Assembly: GCF_001194135.2 (NCBI RefSeq)
Contig: NC_068987.1
Span: forward strand, 79,506,497-79,570,496
Source of the DNA: Octopus bimaculoides
Taxonomy: Eukaryota
Direction: 5' to 3'
Length of the DNA stretch: 64,000 bases
The notes under the pieces are model-generated. The model ran no database searches. It saw only the letters and a program-made list of their open reading frames with translations, and was not told the DNA's origin. Below, in pieces: positions 1 to 12,344 of the stretch; within the stretch, counting starts at the first letter, position 1, and each line of letters opens with the position of its first letter. The position numbers and the translations under genes are program-made.

Positions 1-615
1 TGCGCTATTTAGTGGCTCACCGTATGTAAAATACGGAGTGACAGCGCTAAACAGGGATGTGTATGAATAGAATCATGTTTCTAGTTCATGTATGCTAGAG
101 GTATATTAGAACCGGTTAATATGTCTCTTCTAATTTTTGATTATTATAAATCTTCTACTGAGGAGGGATCTGATTTCCAACTAAGATACAAGGTTCCATC
201 TTTGGGATGTAGTTACACAGACAAATTCACATTTGGAACTTACATATTTTTACTGTTCCACTCACAGAATTCACTTGTAATGTACGAATTAGCCGGTCGA
301 TTTCTCTTTCTGAAGATCCCAGTTTATTCAGATTCTCCTTTAAGCATTTACTAACAAAACCTAGTGCTCCAATTATTATTAGTATGAATATGAATTCATA
401 GCCTGGATATAGAAGCTGGAGGCTTCGAAGCAGTTGTCCATTGATATCCTCTTTTTCTTCCCTTTTCAAAAAGATATTTATATCTGCAGAGCAGCTAACC
501 TCTATGATGGTACACACCTTTGTCCCTCTGTCCCAAACAACAATATCTGGCCTGTTATGCTTACATTTGACGGAAGCTTTTAATGGGAATATTCCACTAG
601 TGTTCCTTGAGTTGG
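1..615 (-). mobile_element. 5'-truncated R4/Dong-like non-LTR retrotransposon: restriction-like endonuclease C-terminus plus 3' UTR (runs off the window edge)
   Basis: Minus ORF 227-748 contains KHNRPDIVVWD-TKVCTIIEVSC..K.E..LL, the RPD..(D/E)..K pattern of RLE domains. A frameshifted WNIPIK lies just upstream. The N-terminal part of the ORF is only (CA)n. Confidence 0.8.
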
Positions 616-653
616 TGTGCGTATTTATGTATATGTGTTTGTATATATGTATG

Positions 654-702
<49 letters not shown>

Positions 703-763
703 GCGCATGTATGGATGTGCGCATGTGTGTATGTAGGCACGCATACATGCATGCATGTATGTA

Positions 764-945
764 AGAGGAGGTGCTAAAAATGTCCTGGCTTTAAGCGTAT
801 CGGGAAAGGGGTGATTGGAGGCCCAACGTTCCGAGTTCTTAAAGTGTGTGAATCTGCGATGGGAATATTTTGAATAAAATCCTAATTAACTGATTCTTCT
901 GTATTTTCTGTTAATCAAAATCGGGAACATTCCAGCACCTCCTCA
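764..945. mobile_element. Mariner-derived MITE, imperfect TIRs, TA flanks
   Basis: Left TA-AGAGGAGGTGCTAAAAATGTCCTGGCTTT; right end reverse complement TA-TGAGGAGGTGCTGGAATGTTCCCGATTTT. The interior aligns with the copy at 28019-28201. Confidence 0.7.
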
Positions 946-1246
946 TATGCATGTATGTTTGTTTGTATGTATGTATGTATGTATGTATGTATGTACATAA
1001 TCCAAGATATGATAATTGTAGAAATACATTTTACCGCTAAAATTAAGCTATTGGTATGGTATTTAAAGATTAGAATTTTGTGACAGGACCTAATAGATGA
1101 CAACAATGTTATTACGATTAAACTTATTTCAAAATTAATTAGAATAAATCGCTATATGTTTTTATTACAATATTTCCGTAATTTTGAGCATGGAAAATTT
1201 TAAAACAATTAGAAAGCGATATCTTTATACATATATACACGCATAG

Positions 1247-1253
<7 letters not shown>

Positions 1254-1329
<76 letters not shown>
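1254..1329. repeat. (TG)n microsatellite, representative of dozens of (CA)n/(TA)n tracts in the window
   Basis: Perfect TG run read directly. Confidence 0.98.
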
Positions 1330-1334
<5 letters not shown>

Positions 1335-2375
1335 GCGTTTGTGTGTGTGTATGTATATGTGAGTGCATATGGGTGTATTAAAATGTGGAAACCACAAGTG
1401 ATTGGATCATGTTGACACTATTGTTAATCATTATAACAAACAATCAAAGGACGAGTTACATGTCTCATTACGAAAACACATAATTTAATCCAATTAAAGC
1501 TATTAGCAACAATTAGCAGAACACACGCACACACAACCACACACATACACACAGAAACAACCATACACACACATGCACACACAATAAACACACATACATA
1601 TATATGATATCTGTAGTAATCGTATTTGCGAAAATTTGCATTTTATTATCAAGACACATATGCTCGAGGCAAATAGCAGTTACTATGTAAAAAAAAGAAG
1701 ATAAAGATGAAAAAACAAAAAAAACAAATAACATGAAATATACTCTGATGTAAAAAAGTCAATCAATATCGTAAATCAGAATATAATTGTTTGTTTAGTT
1801 ACCAAGCTTTCTCTCCAACACCCCTCTTTCTCTCTGTGTCAGATTCACTTTCTCTCTCCTCAATCTGTACTTTGTGTACTCTTAGATGTTATTTCGCCTC
1901 CAGGTGAGCTTCGAAGTCTGATCAAGCAGAACTAAGATTAAGGTGTTCCAGTTGAATTCGTACTATCTTACTTTAACACAATCTATTTGCAACAGCTACG
2001 AAAGTTTATGTTTTAGCGGAATTGAAATAAAATTATGGAGATTTGATACATATATGAAATTGTGGTATTTGATTACCACAATCCCAGGTCGGTCCTGAGT
2101 TTGGATCAAAGTATACCAGTGATAAACACCAACGCAGGAAGATCAATCCTAAAATATTTTATGATTGTACATGTTATGTCTCAAGGTACTGCTATCTAGC
2201 ACCTTCAGATGATCTCTACTCAACCGCTACACAACTGCTACTCGACTGCTACTCAACACTCCTACCACGGTCAGATTACCTCTATTTATATGTCTTGGGA
2301 GATCCTACTTCTTCGCCTGGAGGCGTCGACACAACAGTACAGTACTGCTAGCTGACCTGCCTACATTGCATTTTA

Positions 2376-2502
2376 CAGGGTGTCCACAAAGTCTGGGTAC
2401 ATGGAGTAAATAAAATCATAAGATAAACAATTAAATATAAGAAATAATAATTTCTTAAAGTATGTGTTAATCCTCATGTACACAGACTTTGTGGACACCC
2501 TG
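2376..2502. mobile_element. 127-bp Tc1/mariner-type MITE, 28-bp TIRs, TA target duplication
   Basis: CAGGGTGTCCACAAAGTCTGGGTACATG (2376-2403) matches the reverse complement of 2475-2502 at 27/28. TA at 2374-2375 and 2503-2504. Confidence 0.9.
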
Positions 2503-3007
2503 TAGATAGGCGGATCCGAAAGGAAAATACTGTGCGATGTAGCGGTCCTCTAAGGAGGGAGGAGAGTGGTCGCATAATTTTTTGAAATAGCAAACGATTC
2601 ACGAAATCACTGAACGTAAATAATGTGTAATGGTACTTCACTTGTGATTTTGACGTTGTAAATGCTGCTCTTGATCCGTTGCAATGCAACCATTGCAGGA
2701 AATTCAGAAACAGAGAGAATAGTAGAACACCTACATTCTAGAAAGGAAGGACCGGGTGTATTGATTATTTCGGGGACTCGGGTGTTAGACATAATATGGA
2801 CGCTGAGTGTGAAGAGAGATAAATGGATCAGGAACGCATGAGTCGAGGGGGCATCCGCCTAGCCTATTCGTAGCAGTGGATGGCATTATATTTGCGGTGG
2901 AACGTACAAAAAGGGGAGGGAGACTCTTCCCCCAGTCGGACAGTGATTGAATTCTGCTTGTGACTTGAAGTCAACCGGTGGCATGGTCAACCGGTGCGAT
3001 ATGTGTT

Positions 3008-3185
3008 GCTTGGATGAGTAGCGTGGCTAAACGGTTAAGGAGTTCGGCCCACAATCGTATGAGTTATAATACGGGCGGTGCGTTCTGTATTCGAGCAAAA
3101 CACTTTATTTCACGTTAACTCAGTTCACTCAGCTGGCAAAAATGAGTAGTACCTGTAATTCAAAGGGCCAGCAAATTCCGGGTTG
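3008..3185 (+). mobile_element. tRNA-derived SINE family C, degenerate copy
   Basis: A-box-like TGGCTAAACGG followed by GAGCAAAACACTTTATTTCACGTT..CAGTTCACTCAGCTG, shared with copies at 23.7, 41.2 and 54.6 kb. Confidence 0.6.
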
Positions 3186-3587
3186 TGAAGAAATGCTGAA
3201 AAGAAACATTGTATTAACTAAGTATATCAATTTCCTATAAATCTTCTGGCAGACTCTATCAACATTTTCAGAATGCCATTTCTTATACTGAAGATATTTA
3301 TTTCTCACACGTATACAAAGGTACACACATACACACATTCAAACATAGCTGACGCTCACGCTAACTGGCATATGAGTGTAAATGAAGTAGGTACATATAG
3401 TATTCATTGAAATAAAATATATTTATTTCGGATGTTTACGCTACGATGGTGTGTGATTCAGATGCGAGCTCATCACAAGGTTGTATCGATGACAGATTAT
3501 TAAATCATGGTTGATTATTCCCTTCCTCCGCAGTATGCTAAATTCTATCTCTTTCTCTCTCTCTCTCTCTCACACACACACGCATAC

Positions 3588-3620
<33 letters not shown>

Positions 3621-3699
3621 CACACACGCATACAAACACACACGCACGCCCACACAGACACATACACACACACACACACACACATAAATATATATACTT

Positions 3700-3880
3700 T
3701 TTTTCACTGTTATTTGTTTCACTCATTTGACTGCGGCCATGCTGGAGCACTGCCTTTTGTCAAGCAAATCGACCCCAGCCATCATTCTTTGTAAGCGTAG
3801 TACTTACTCTATCAGTCACACTTGAAGAACTGTTAAGTTACGGGGACGTAAACATGCCAGCATCGGTTGACAAGCGAGAA
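3700..3880 (-). mobile_element. SINE family A, 3' half
   Basis: CATTTGACTGCGGCCATGCTGGAGCAC..AAATCGACCCCAG is the reverse complement of the tail at 23050-23180 and 42400-42545. Confidence 0.8.
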
Positions 3881-3998
3881 CAGCAGTGCAATGGGATATT
3901 GACGTTAATACAGCTGTCGTATACCGTTGACGCTGCAGATATACTTCCGAAAGTACATAGATAAAAAACACACATACACACAGACAGACAAGCAGGCA

Positions 3999-4068
<70 letters not shown>

Positions 4069-4631
4069 GAAAGGTGAGAGTGAGGAATACGTAGCTTTAA
4101 AGAGAGAAGGGCTATGTGGCTTTTCTGCTGTCTATTACAAAGAAACGACAACACACAGACACACACATACATACAAATATATACATACATACGAACATAC
4201 ATACATACGCATATCTACTATACACTATTTTCAACTCATGATTACCCGTGTGTACGTTTGTAATTGTGTGTATGTGTGTGCCTGTGTGTGTGTGTGCATG
4301 TGTGTCACGTCCTATAACTGTCTGTTTCTCTACTTTTGTTGGGTCTTCCCAGTTGCTCTCACATATTGTGAAATTTTAAACTTATGCTAAAATTTTAAAA
4401 TTTGGTATACTGAAATAGTCCTCGACGTTAAATCCGATTTTATTATTTATTTGTTCCTAACATCCATTTGAGTTATAGGCAAATTGGATTTCAATAAAAA
4501 TCTATAAGAATCTAAGTGCTCCAGCACCCCCTCCTAGGAAGGGAACTCTTGGGCTTGTTTACAAATCAGCTACGATAAGCTACGGCACGCGACAACGGCT
4601 GCTATAATAATCCACATACGTTACCTATGAT

Positions 4632-5160
4632 ACATTAAAAGTAAGCTTGAATCTTGCTTGCTTGCAATGTTACTGAGCCAAACTGGCGCATAATGGGAAA
4701 ACAACGATGAATTAAATTGTCCGTGAAATGTGAATACGAACAGAATAAAACAAGTTTCGCGTAAATCGGAAAAGGGTTATTAAGATATTGGGAGTTTTGA
4801 GGTATAAATATCCAAAATAGTGCAAATGGGAAAATAACTTAATCCTGAAAGGGAAGAAACTTTTACCATTCAATTAGACACAGTTTCTATTTTCGATTTT
4901 GTTAAACACAATATTTCTTAATTATTTAGAAATATTTTAAAGTGAATGTGATTTAAAGAATGTAAGTTGTTTGTACAGTGAGTATTTATATTTTAGCTTT
5001 CTTTAAACAGATATCATTTTAATGTTTTTGAAATTATTTTCAAGTGAATACTATTACAGAAAACTTTTGGCATATTCTAAAAATATTTTAAAGTGTAAAT
5101 GACTTTAAAACTATGATAAATATTCCGTAAAAGACCCGTTCGTAACAGTTAAACGGTCGA
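4632..5160 (+). repeat. Unclassified ~530-bp AT-rich interspersed repeat, copy 1
   Basis: Colinear with 42650-43195. Shared blocks include TTGAATCTTGCTTGCTTGCAAT, CTTAATCCTGAAA, TGTAAGTTGTTTG.ACAGT.AGTATTTATATTTTAGCTTTCTTTAA and ATGACTTTAAAA. Confidence 0.8.
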
Positions 5161-5643
5161 TCACGTGAAATAAATATGACTAGGCCGTGATGCTTACACG
5201 GCTATTCAGCGATTTAGTTTCGATTTTTGGTACAATATTGCAGAATTTCCGACGTATTGACAATCTGGACGAAGGGGGATATTGGTCAGGCCTGGTCAGT
5301 GTGACGATTATGAGAAATGATGCTGACAAAAATGAGTGTTGTGTATCCGAAGAGGCAAACGGTTTAAAGGGGAGAATAACGAGGAATAAAGAACGACAGT
5401 TTGAGAGCGATGGAGTTTGATAGAGCGTGGGATAATAGGGAAAGAGAGAGGGTGAAACAGAGCGAGTGGAGGACAGTGGGAAAGGTACAAGGTTGAGCAA
5501 AATAAACATAATGAGGGGGAAAATGGATAAAACAAAGAGTGTGAAAGATGGAAAGTGAGTGCAAGACGGTGCTAGAAAAACATAGTAAGAAGGAGAGAGA
5601 AGATAGAATAAAGTGAGAAAAGATCGAATGAGTCAGAGCGGAG

Positions 5644-5713
<70 letters not shown>

Positions 5714-6057
5714 GTGTTTCTGTGCCATTGGTGGGCGTTTTTATAGATATTCTTTTGTTGCATTCTAACAAGGAACCTTTGTTTATACACACACACATAT
5801 ACATAGATACATATGCGAGTACATATACATACATACATACATATATATATATGCGCGTGTGTGTGTGTGTGCGTGTGTGTTTGTATGTGTGTGTGTGTGT
5901 GCATGTGTGTGTGTATATATATGTATGTATATATATACATATAATTACGAATATATAAATACATAGATAGATAGATGGATATGTAAATATATACATATAT
6001 GTTGTTCATACCTATGTATGTGTATGTTTCCTTGCGTGAGTAAGGTAGTGTGTGTGT

Positions 6058-6103
<46 letters not shown>

Positions 6104-7059
6104 TACTGTTTACGTATATTTGTGTATTTTGATTCTATGTGATGGAACGCTACACAACCAGCCTTATCCCTTTCCCAAATCCAAATATTTTATAAATTGC
6201 TCTCTCCCATCGTTCCTAAACATTCCACTTTTGACTTGGAAAGTTCTAGCAAATTATTAAAAAAATAAGGGGAACCTACCATAATAATAACTAATTGGTC
6301 AACCATTTTTTCCTTATTATTTATTTATTTATTTATTTATATTTTGGCGATTAATAGCTGTTGAGAAATTCAGATAACTAATAGAAGAAACGTGGCAACA
6401 ATCGTAACTAATAATTGGTTAAATCTCAAAGTATGCTTGGCGCTGTCCCTCGGTTTACCAAATTTGGAACTGAGCCTAACTTAACAGGAACATTTTGGCC
6501 AATTAGTCATCAGGTAGATTTTAAACCGGAAAAAGTAAAGAAAAAAAGAGACAAGAGAAAGAAATGGGATAGTCAGACTAACAAACAAATATATAGATGG
6601 ATAGGTCTTAATAGGAAGAGGAACTGAGAGTGAGAGAAAGAGTTAGATATTGGGAAAGAGAGAAACTAAGAGAAAGCGGGAGGAAGAGACTGAGGGTGTT
6701 TGTGTGTGTGTGCGTGTGTGTGCATGGTGAGACCAAATATAATGAAAAATATATGTATAAGAATGTGTGTCAGAAATGAATATAGAAATAAAACGAAAGA
6801 AATAGGGATGGAGTGATGTATAGAGAAAAAAGCTATAGAGGTTATGTGTGTAAGCGTTGGAGTCTGTATATTTGTGTGAGAGTGATTCTCCGAGTGTCTG
6901 TGTGGATATGCGCGTGAGTGTGTGAGTGTGTGTGAGTATACGTATGAGAAAGAGAGGGAAAGGGCGAGAAAGAGAAATGGCTACGTTGCTGATAATTTGA
7001 TAAATAGATATGTAACAGAGAAATACATCTCTGAGAAAACTCCGAGAAATATATTTTTT

Positions 7060-7236
7060 TTACATGTTTCTTGTATTGCATGTGTGAGTATATATGTACA
7101 CACATACACAGAGACACGCACAAACACACACACACGCACATATAGATACATGCATATGTATATGTATACATACATATACATATTCATAAATATATATGTG
7201 TGTGCGCGTGTATATGTGTGTGTGTCGTGTACACAA

Positions 7237-7276
<40 letters not shown>

Positions 7277-7278
7277 TC

Positions 7279-7362
<84 letters not shown>

Positions 7363-7453
7363 ATATATGCATTTATATATAAACATATAAATGAATATAT
7401 ATACGTATACATACATACACATATGAATACATATATACAAATGAACATACATC

Positions 7454-7484
<31 letters not shown>

Positions 7485-7572
7485 ACATAACTACATAGAT
7501 TTACACACAGAGACACATAGACACAGATACAGACACAAGAAAACACACGCACACACACACACACACACACAT

Positions 7573-7668
<96 letters not shown>

Positions 7669-7690
7669 ACACGCACACATACACAGGCAT
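7060..7690. repeat. Compound (TA)n/(CA)n microsatellite field
   Basis: Long perfect (TA)n runs at about 7270-7354 and 7587-7663; source of the IYIY/HTHT pseudo-ORFs. Confidence 0.97.
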
Positions 7691-8077
7691 ATAGAATATT
7701 AGAAAGTGATGGTAAAAGACGGAGATTTACAGAAGTTTGCAGAGCTAGAGGCGATCATGTACGTTTAATGCAATGCATGGCCGGTATCTTTGAGAAAAAA
7801 CTCGAATGATGAGTGAGGTAATTGCTCATATACCTATTGATCTTTGGACGCAGCGAAATGTTTTTAGCAGTAAGATTCTCCAAGAAATCGTCTAAAAATA
7901 CCAAAGTACAAAAAAAAAAAAATAATAAATAAAAAAAAAATATTAATAATGTGAGAAATAGATATTATAGAAATATATAATTATTAATAACTGTATACAA
8001 ATAATACAAACTATGTTGTTACAAAAGCAATTAATAATGATACAATATAAATACTAATAAAAATAAAATCATAATAA

Positions 8078-8400
<323 letters not shown>

Positions 8401-8727
8401 ATAATTCATTTTCAAGCAATCATTTACTGGGAAACGCCAAATCGAAAAAGCACCATTAATTGCTGTGCTACAATAATCGTTGGAAGACTCTTTTATAGTT
8501 TCCATATTAACATCTTGTTTGGTCGAGGAACGTAAAACACTAAACTCTTAATGTTCAAAGATGTGTTTGCTGTTTTATTTATCGTATTTTATTTATTCAT
8601 GCATGTATGTGTATGTATATATATATATATATGTATAAGTATATAATATAATATATGTATATACATATATATGAATATGTATATGTATATGTATATATAT
8701 ATATATATAGATAGAGAATTAACATTG

Positions 8728-8766
<39 letters not shown>

Positions 8767-8972
8767 TGTGTATGTGTGTGTGTTGCCCAACTCAGCTTTT
8801 ATCTCTGTATTTCATTTCTCGATGTTTTTACTTCCCAACATACACAAAATACAGGCCTATTGAGCTTGTATGTATGGATACATACAGACATCCCGACACA
8901 GACATCCCGACACAGACATCCCGACAGACAGACACACAAACAAACACACACACAACCATATGTATATATATA

Positions 8973-9278
8973 NNNNNNNNNNNNNNNNNNNNNNNNNNNN
9001 NNNNNNNNNNNNNNNNNNNNNNNNNNNNNNNNNNNNNNNNNNNNNNNNNNNNNNNNNNNNNNNNNNNNNNNNNNNNNNNNNNNNNNNNNNNNNNNNNNNN
9101 NNNNNNNNNNNNNNNNNNNNNNNNNNNNNNNNNNNNNNNNNNNNNNNNNNNNNNNNNNNNNNNNNNNNNNNNNNNNNNNNNNNNNNNNNNNNNNNNNNNN
9201 NNNNNNNNNNNNNNNNNNNNNNNNNNNNNNNNNNNNNNNNNNNNNNNNNNNNNNNNNNNNNNNNNNNNNNNNNNNNNN
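8973..9278. other. Assembly gap (first of 12). Others: 18914-19099, 22672-22934, 32808-32817, 34383-35005, 35637-35996, 37036-37115, 38073-38519, 43565-44012, 44607-44616, 55688-56501, 62416-62716
   Basis: N-runs, each bordered by (TA)n, (CA)n or similar simple repeats, typical of a short-read assembly. Confidence 0.99.
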
Positions 9279-9289
9279 TATATATATAC

Positions 9290-9447
9290 ACGACAGTCTT
9301 CTTTCTACCGAATCGACTCATAAGTCTTTGGTTGGCCCGAGCCTATAGTAATAAACACTTGCCCAAGGTGCCACGGAGTGGGACTGAACTGGGAACCATG
9401 TGGCTTGTTGGTTGGTAAGCTACTTACCACACAGTCACTCCTGCGCC
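9290..9447 (-). mobile_element. SINE family A, 5' half with tRNA-like head
   Basis: Reverse complement reads GGCGCAGGAGTGACTGTGTGGTAAGTAGC..GGTTCCCAGTTCAGTCCCACT..GGCACCTTGGGCAAGTG. Confidence 0.85.
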
Positions 9448-9472
9448 TATATCATTATGATATAATAGAATA

Positions 9473-9868
9473 AGGCAGAGAGCTGGCAGATTCGTTTGCT
9501 CGTCGGGTCAAATAAGGCATTTCGTCTGTCTTGCGCTCTGAGTTCAAATTGCGTAGCATTTGAGCAGTTGGGTCGATGTAACCGCCTTCCTCTTCCTTGA
9601 AATTGCAGACCTTGCGCTAAAATTTGAAACCAATTTATATTAATGGATTAATAATATACAAGAATAACATAAGGCGGTGAGCTGACAAAATCGTTACCGC
9701 TCCACAAACAATGCTTTGTGGCATTTCTTCTGACTTCATGTTCTGAATTCAAATGTTCATCCTTTCATCTATTCAGGGGTCGATAAAAAAGAGTACTAGT
9801 TGAACCGTTTATCGACTTACCCCATTTTCCAAACATCGCTGGTCCTGTGCCAAAATTAGGAACTAATA
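9473..9868 (+). mobile_element. Two tandem degenerate SINE family B copies (9473-9632, 9672-9868)
   Basis: Heads AAGGCAGAGAGCTGGCAGA and AAGGCGGTGAGCTGACAAAATCGTT; TTCTGAGTTCAAAT B-box-like motif; GGGGTCGAT core. Confidence 0.75.
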
Positions 9869-9904
9869 TATAAGATTAGTATATATATATACATATAGTA
9901 ACAA

Positions 9905-10120
9905 TCCTTTCTCCTACAGGCACAAGGCCTGGAAGTTTGGGGAAGGGGACTAGTCGATTACATCGACACCAGTGCTTCACCAGTACTTGATTTATCGACC
10001 ATTGAAAGGATGAAGGGCAAAGTCGACGACAGCGGTATTTGAACTCAGATCGTAGCGACAGGCGAAATTACGCTAAGCAATTCGCTCAGTGTGCTAACTA
10101 TTCTGCCAGCTCGCCGCCTT
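9905..10120 (-). mobile_element. SINE family B, near full length
   Basis: Reverse complement starts AAGGCGGCGAGCTGGCAGAATAGTTAGCAC and ends GGCCTTGTGCCTGTAGGAGAAAG. Confidence 0.85.
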
Positions 10121-11159
10121 ATACATCTAGTCACAATTATTACGTAATATTCGGTTTCACACATTTGATCCATATCAGATTTTTTTTTTTCATCGTTCTG
10201 TTTACAATATTTTGAAAATCATCATTCAACTATTTCATTCCACTGGTGTTTCTGTATATATTTATAATTCCCCTGGAGATTTCCGCATTAATTGTGTTCG
10301 TCCTGAGGTGTCTCTTTGACTGCTTATTATGTTATAATTCCTATTCATACGTGAAAATGGTGGAACCCGATTCTGCTTGACATTACGTCTTAAGGAAGAA
10401 TGGCTCGGACTCTTGTTTAAGTTGTTTGTTAAAAACAATAATGTAATCTCTTAAATGTAATGGTTGTAAGAAAGTATTCATGTTACAAACGAAACTTTCT
10501 TTGAGAAACGCACCCATTATTCATAGAAAAGAAAACGAGATCCTAGTACCAGACAGAAATCGCTAAGTGAACATTTAGACTTATTATCAGCAAGGAAATC
10601 ACTAGTATTCGCAAGGTTCTAACTTTATTATTATTATTATTTATTTTTTTTTTTTTTTAGAATACCATAGATCAAATATGGATGAATAAAGGAGATATGT
10701 TCATTAAAATATAGCAACAACGAATAAATAAAATACAGCAGAAGAATTACGTTATTGTACTTCACATTGTCGCACAAAAACTGACTACAATAATCACTAA
10801 CAGATAATCTATTTCTATACTTTTAGCTATGTGGAAAACCTGCTTTTCATACACAAGGCATTCACTGGATTAATATAATCTTGACTTTTGGTGCAACATC
10901 AGTCACTCTCTTATGTCACCATTTACACGGACATAACGCGCAATTGTTATCCATGCTTTCAAGTGAGATCTTCACTGGCATAATTTTCTGACACTATGAT
11001 TCTTACTGTCACATGAACCTAAGCTCTCGTGATCCATTCTTTCTCTCAAATTGTGCATCAACTGATGGTAGTTTGAGCCACAATAAAAATAAAACCAAAA
11101 TCTAATGGAAATGGACGCAAGTACGGTCATTCCATCTTCCAGTACTTTTGAAAAATAAC

Positions 11160-11360
11160 CCTTTCTACAAGGCCTTTTGTGGGGAGGGGGCTAGTCGATT
11201 ACATTGATTCCAGTACACGATTGGTACTTATTTTTATCGACCCCGATATGATGATTGGCAAAGTGGAGCTCGGTGGAATTTGAACTCAAACCATAAATCA
11301 ATAATAAATGTTAAGCAGTAAGCATCTTGTCCGCTGTGGTAACGATTCTGTCAGCTCCAT
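11160..11360 (-). mobile_element. SINE family B, degenerate
   Basis: CTAGTCGATTACAT..TTTATCGACCCCG..GGTGGAATTTGAACTCA, the same blocks as 9905-10120. Confidence 0.7.
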
Positions 11361-11460
11361 GGATTAATATTTTTGAAAAATAACGGAATTGGTAAATATA
11401 GAAATAGATCGTTCGAATGACATCAAGTGCAGTTTCAACTTTCATCTCTTTACACACACA

Positions 11461-11566
<106 letters not shown>

Positions 11567-11743
11567 AAACACGTTTATACATGATGTTTCACTAAATACA
11601 AGCGTGGACTGCTTTATGACGATTGAAATAAATTAATAATTAATACCTAATAACCAAAGTCTTCACAGTATCTTATAAATGCTCTTTCCTTTTCATGTAA
11701 ATATAACGTAGATCAATCTATCTATCTGTCTTTCTGTCTATCG

Positions 11744-11781
<38 letters not shown>

Positions 11782-11798
11782 ATCTATATAAAGCTGTA

Positions 11799-11957
11799 TT
11801 TACTTACTTATTTCCCATCTTCAGTGCAGCATTTCAAAAAGTGTGTTGGTTAAATATCAGTTATGCGTTGACGCTTGATCGCGTACATATTTAATCCTTA
11901 CACTCTCAAATCTATTTTTTGAAATGCTGTACTGAAGATGGGAAATAAGTACGTAAA
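11799..11957. mobile_element. 159-bp MITE with 42-bp TIRs
   Basis: 11799-11840 TTTACTTACTTATTTCCCATCTTCAGTGCAGCATTTCAAAAA matches the reverse complement of 11916-11957 at 40/42. Flanks are TA and TG (possibly a mutated TA duplication). Confidence 0.8.
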
Positions 11958-12344
11958 TGTAACTTTACTTTAATCACGAAACGCATATGTAGCTAATCTG
12001 AGTCGTCTGGATTCGCCATTTTTTTCTTTTTGCCTAAGTAAAAAACTGTGTAACTGTCTGGGAGATATTTATGGTAGCGGAAAAAGTATTTTAACTCCTA
12101 TTACTAAATTCGGTGCGTGGTGAAGCAATTAGCTGACCCCTGATTATAATTATGTCTATAATTATAGAAAACTACATTTCTAAATCTCTCGGAGAGATGT
12201 ATGCACTAGTGATACGATGAAGTAGCTGTATGCTGTCAACTTAATGTGAGAGTCCCCTGAAGGGAATAATACTACTGTTGGTTACACCTAGGAAGCTGCA
12301 CCGCTTCCTGTCGGCCTTGACACATTTCCTGTGTCCTTATGTTT

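Noticed and set aside
2500-2800. Possible Gypsy RT/RNase H relic on the minus strand (FQKIMRPLSSLLRG, SEFPA)
   Set aside because: Only two short, weak resemblances in different frames; not enough without a profile search.
5243-5293. Possible 51-nt plus-strand exon NFRRIDNLDEGGYWSGL
   Set aside because: Adjacent to an interspersed repeat, modest splice sites, and no partner exon or homology.
11105-11146. GRWNDRTC resembling a C-type lectin WND motif
   Set aside because: A stop follows four codons after the Cys, and there is no upstream EPN/QPD or terminal Cys context.
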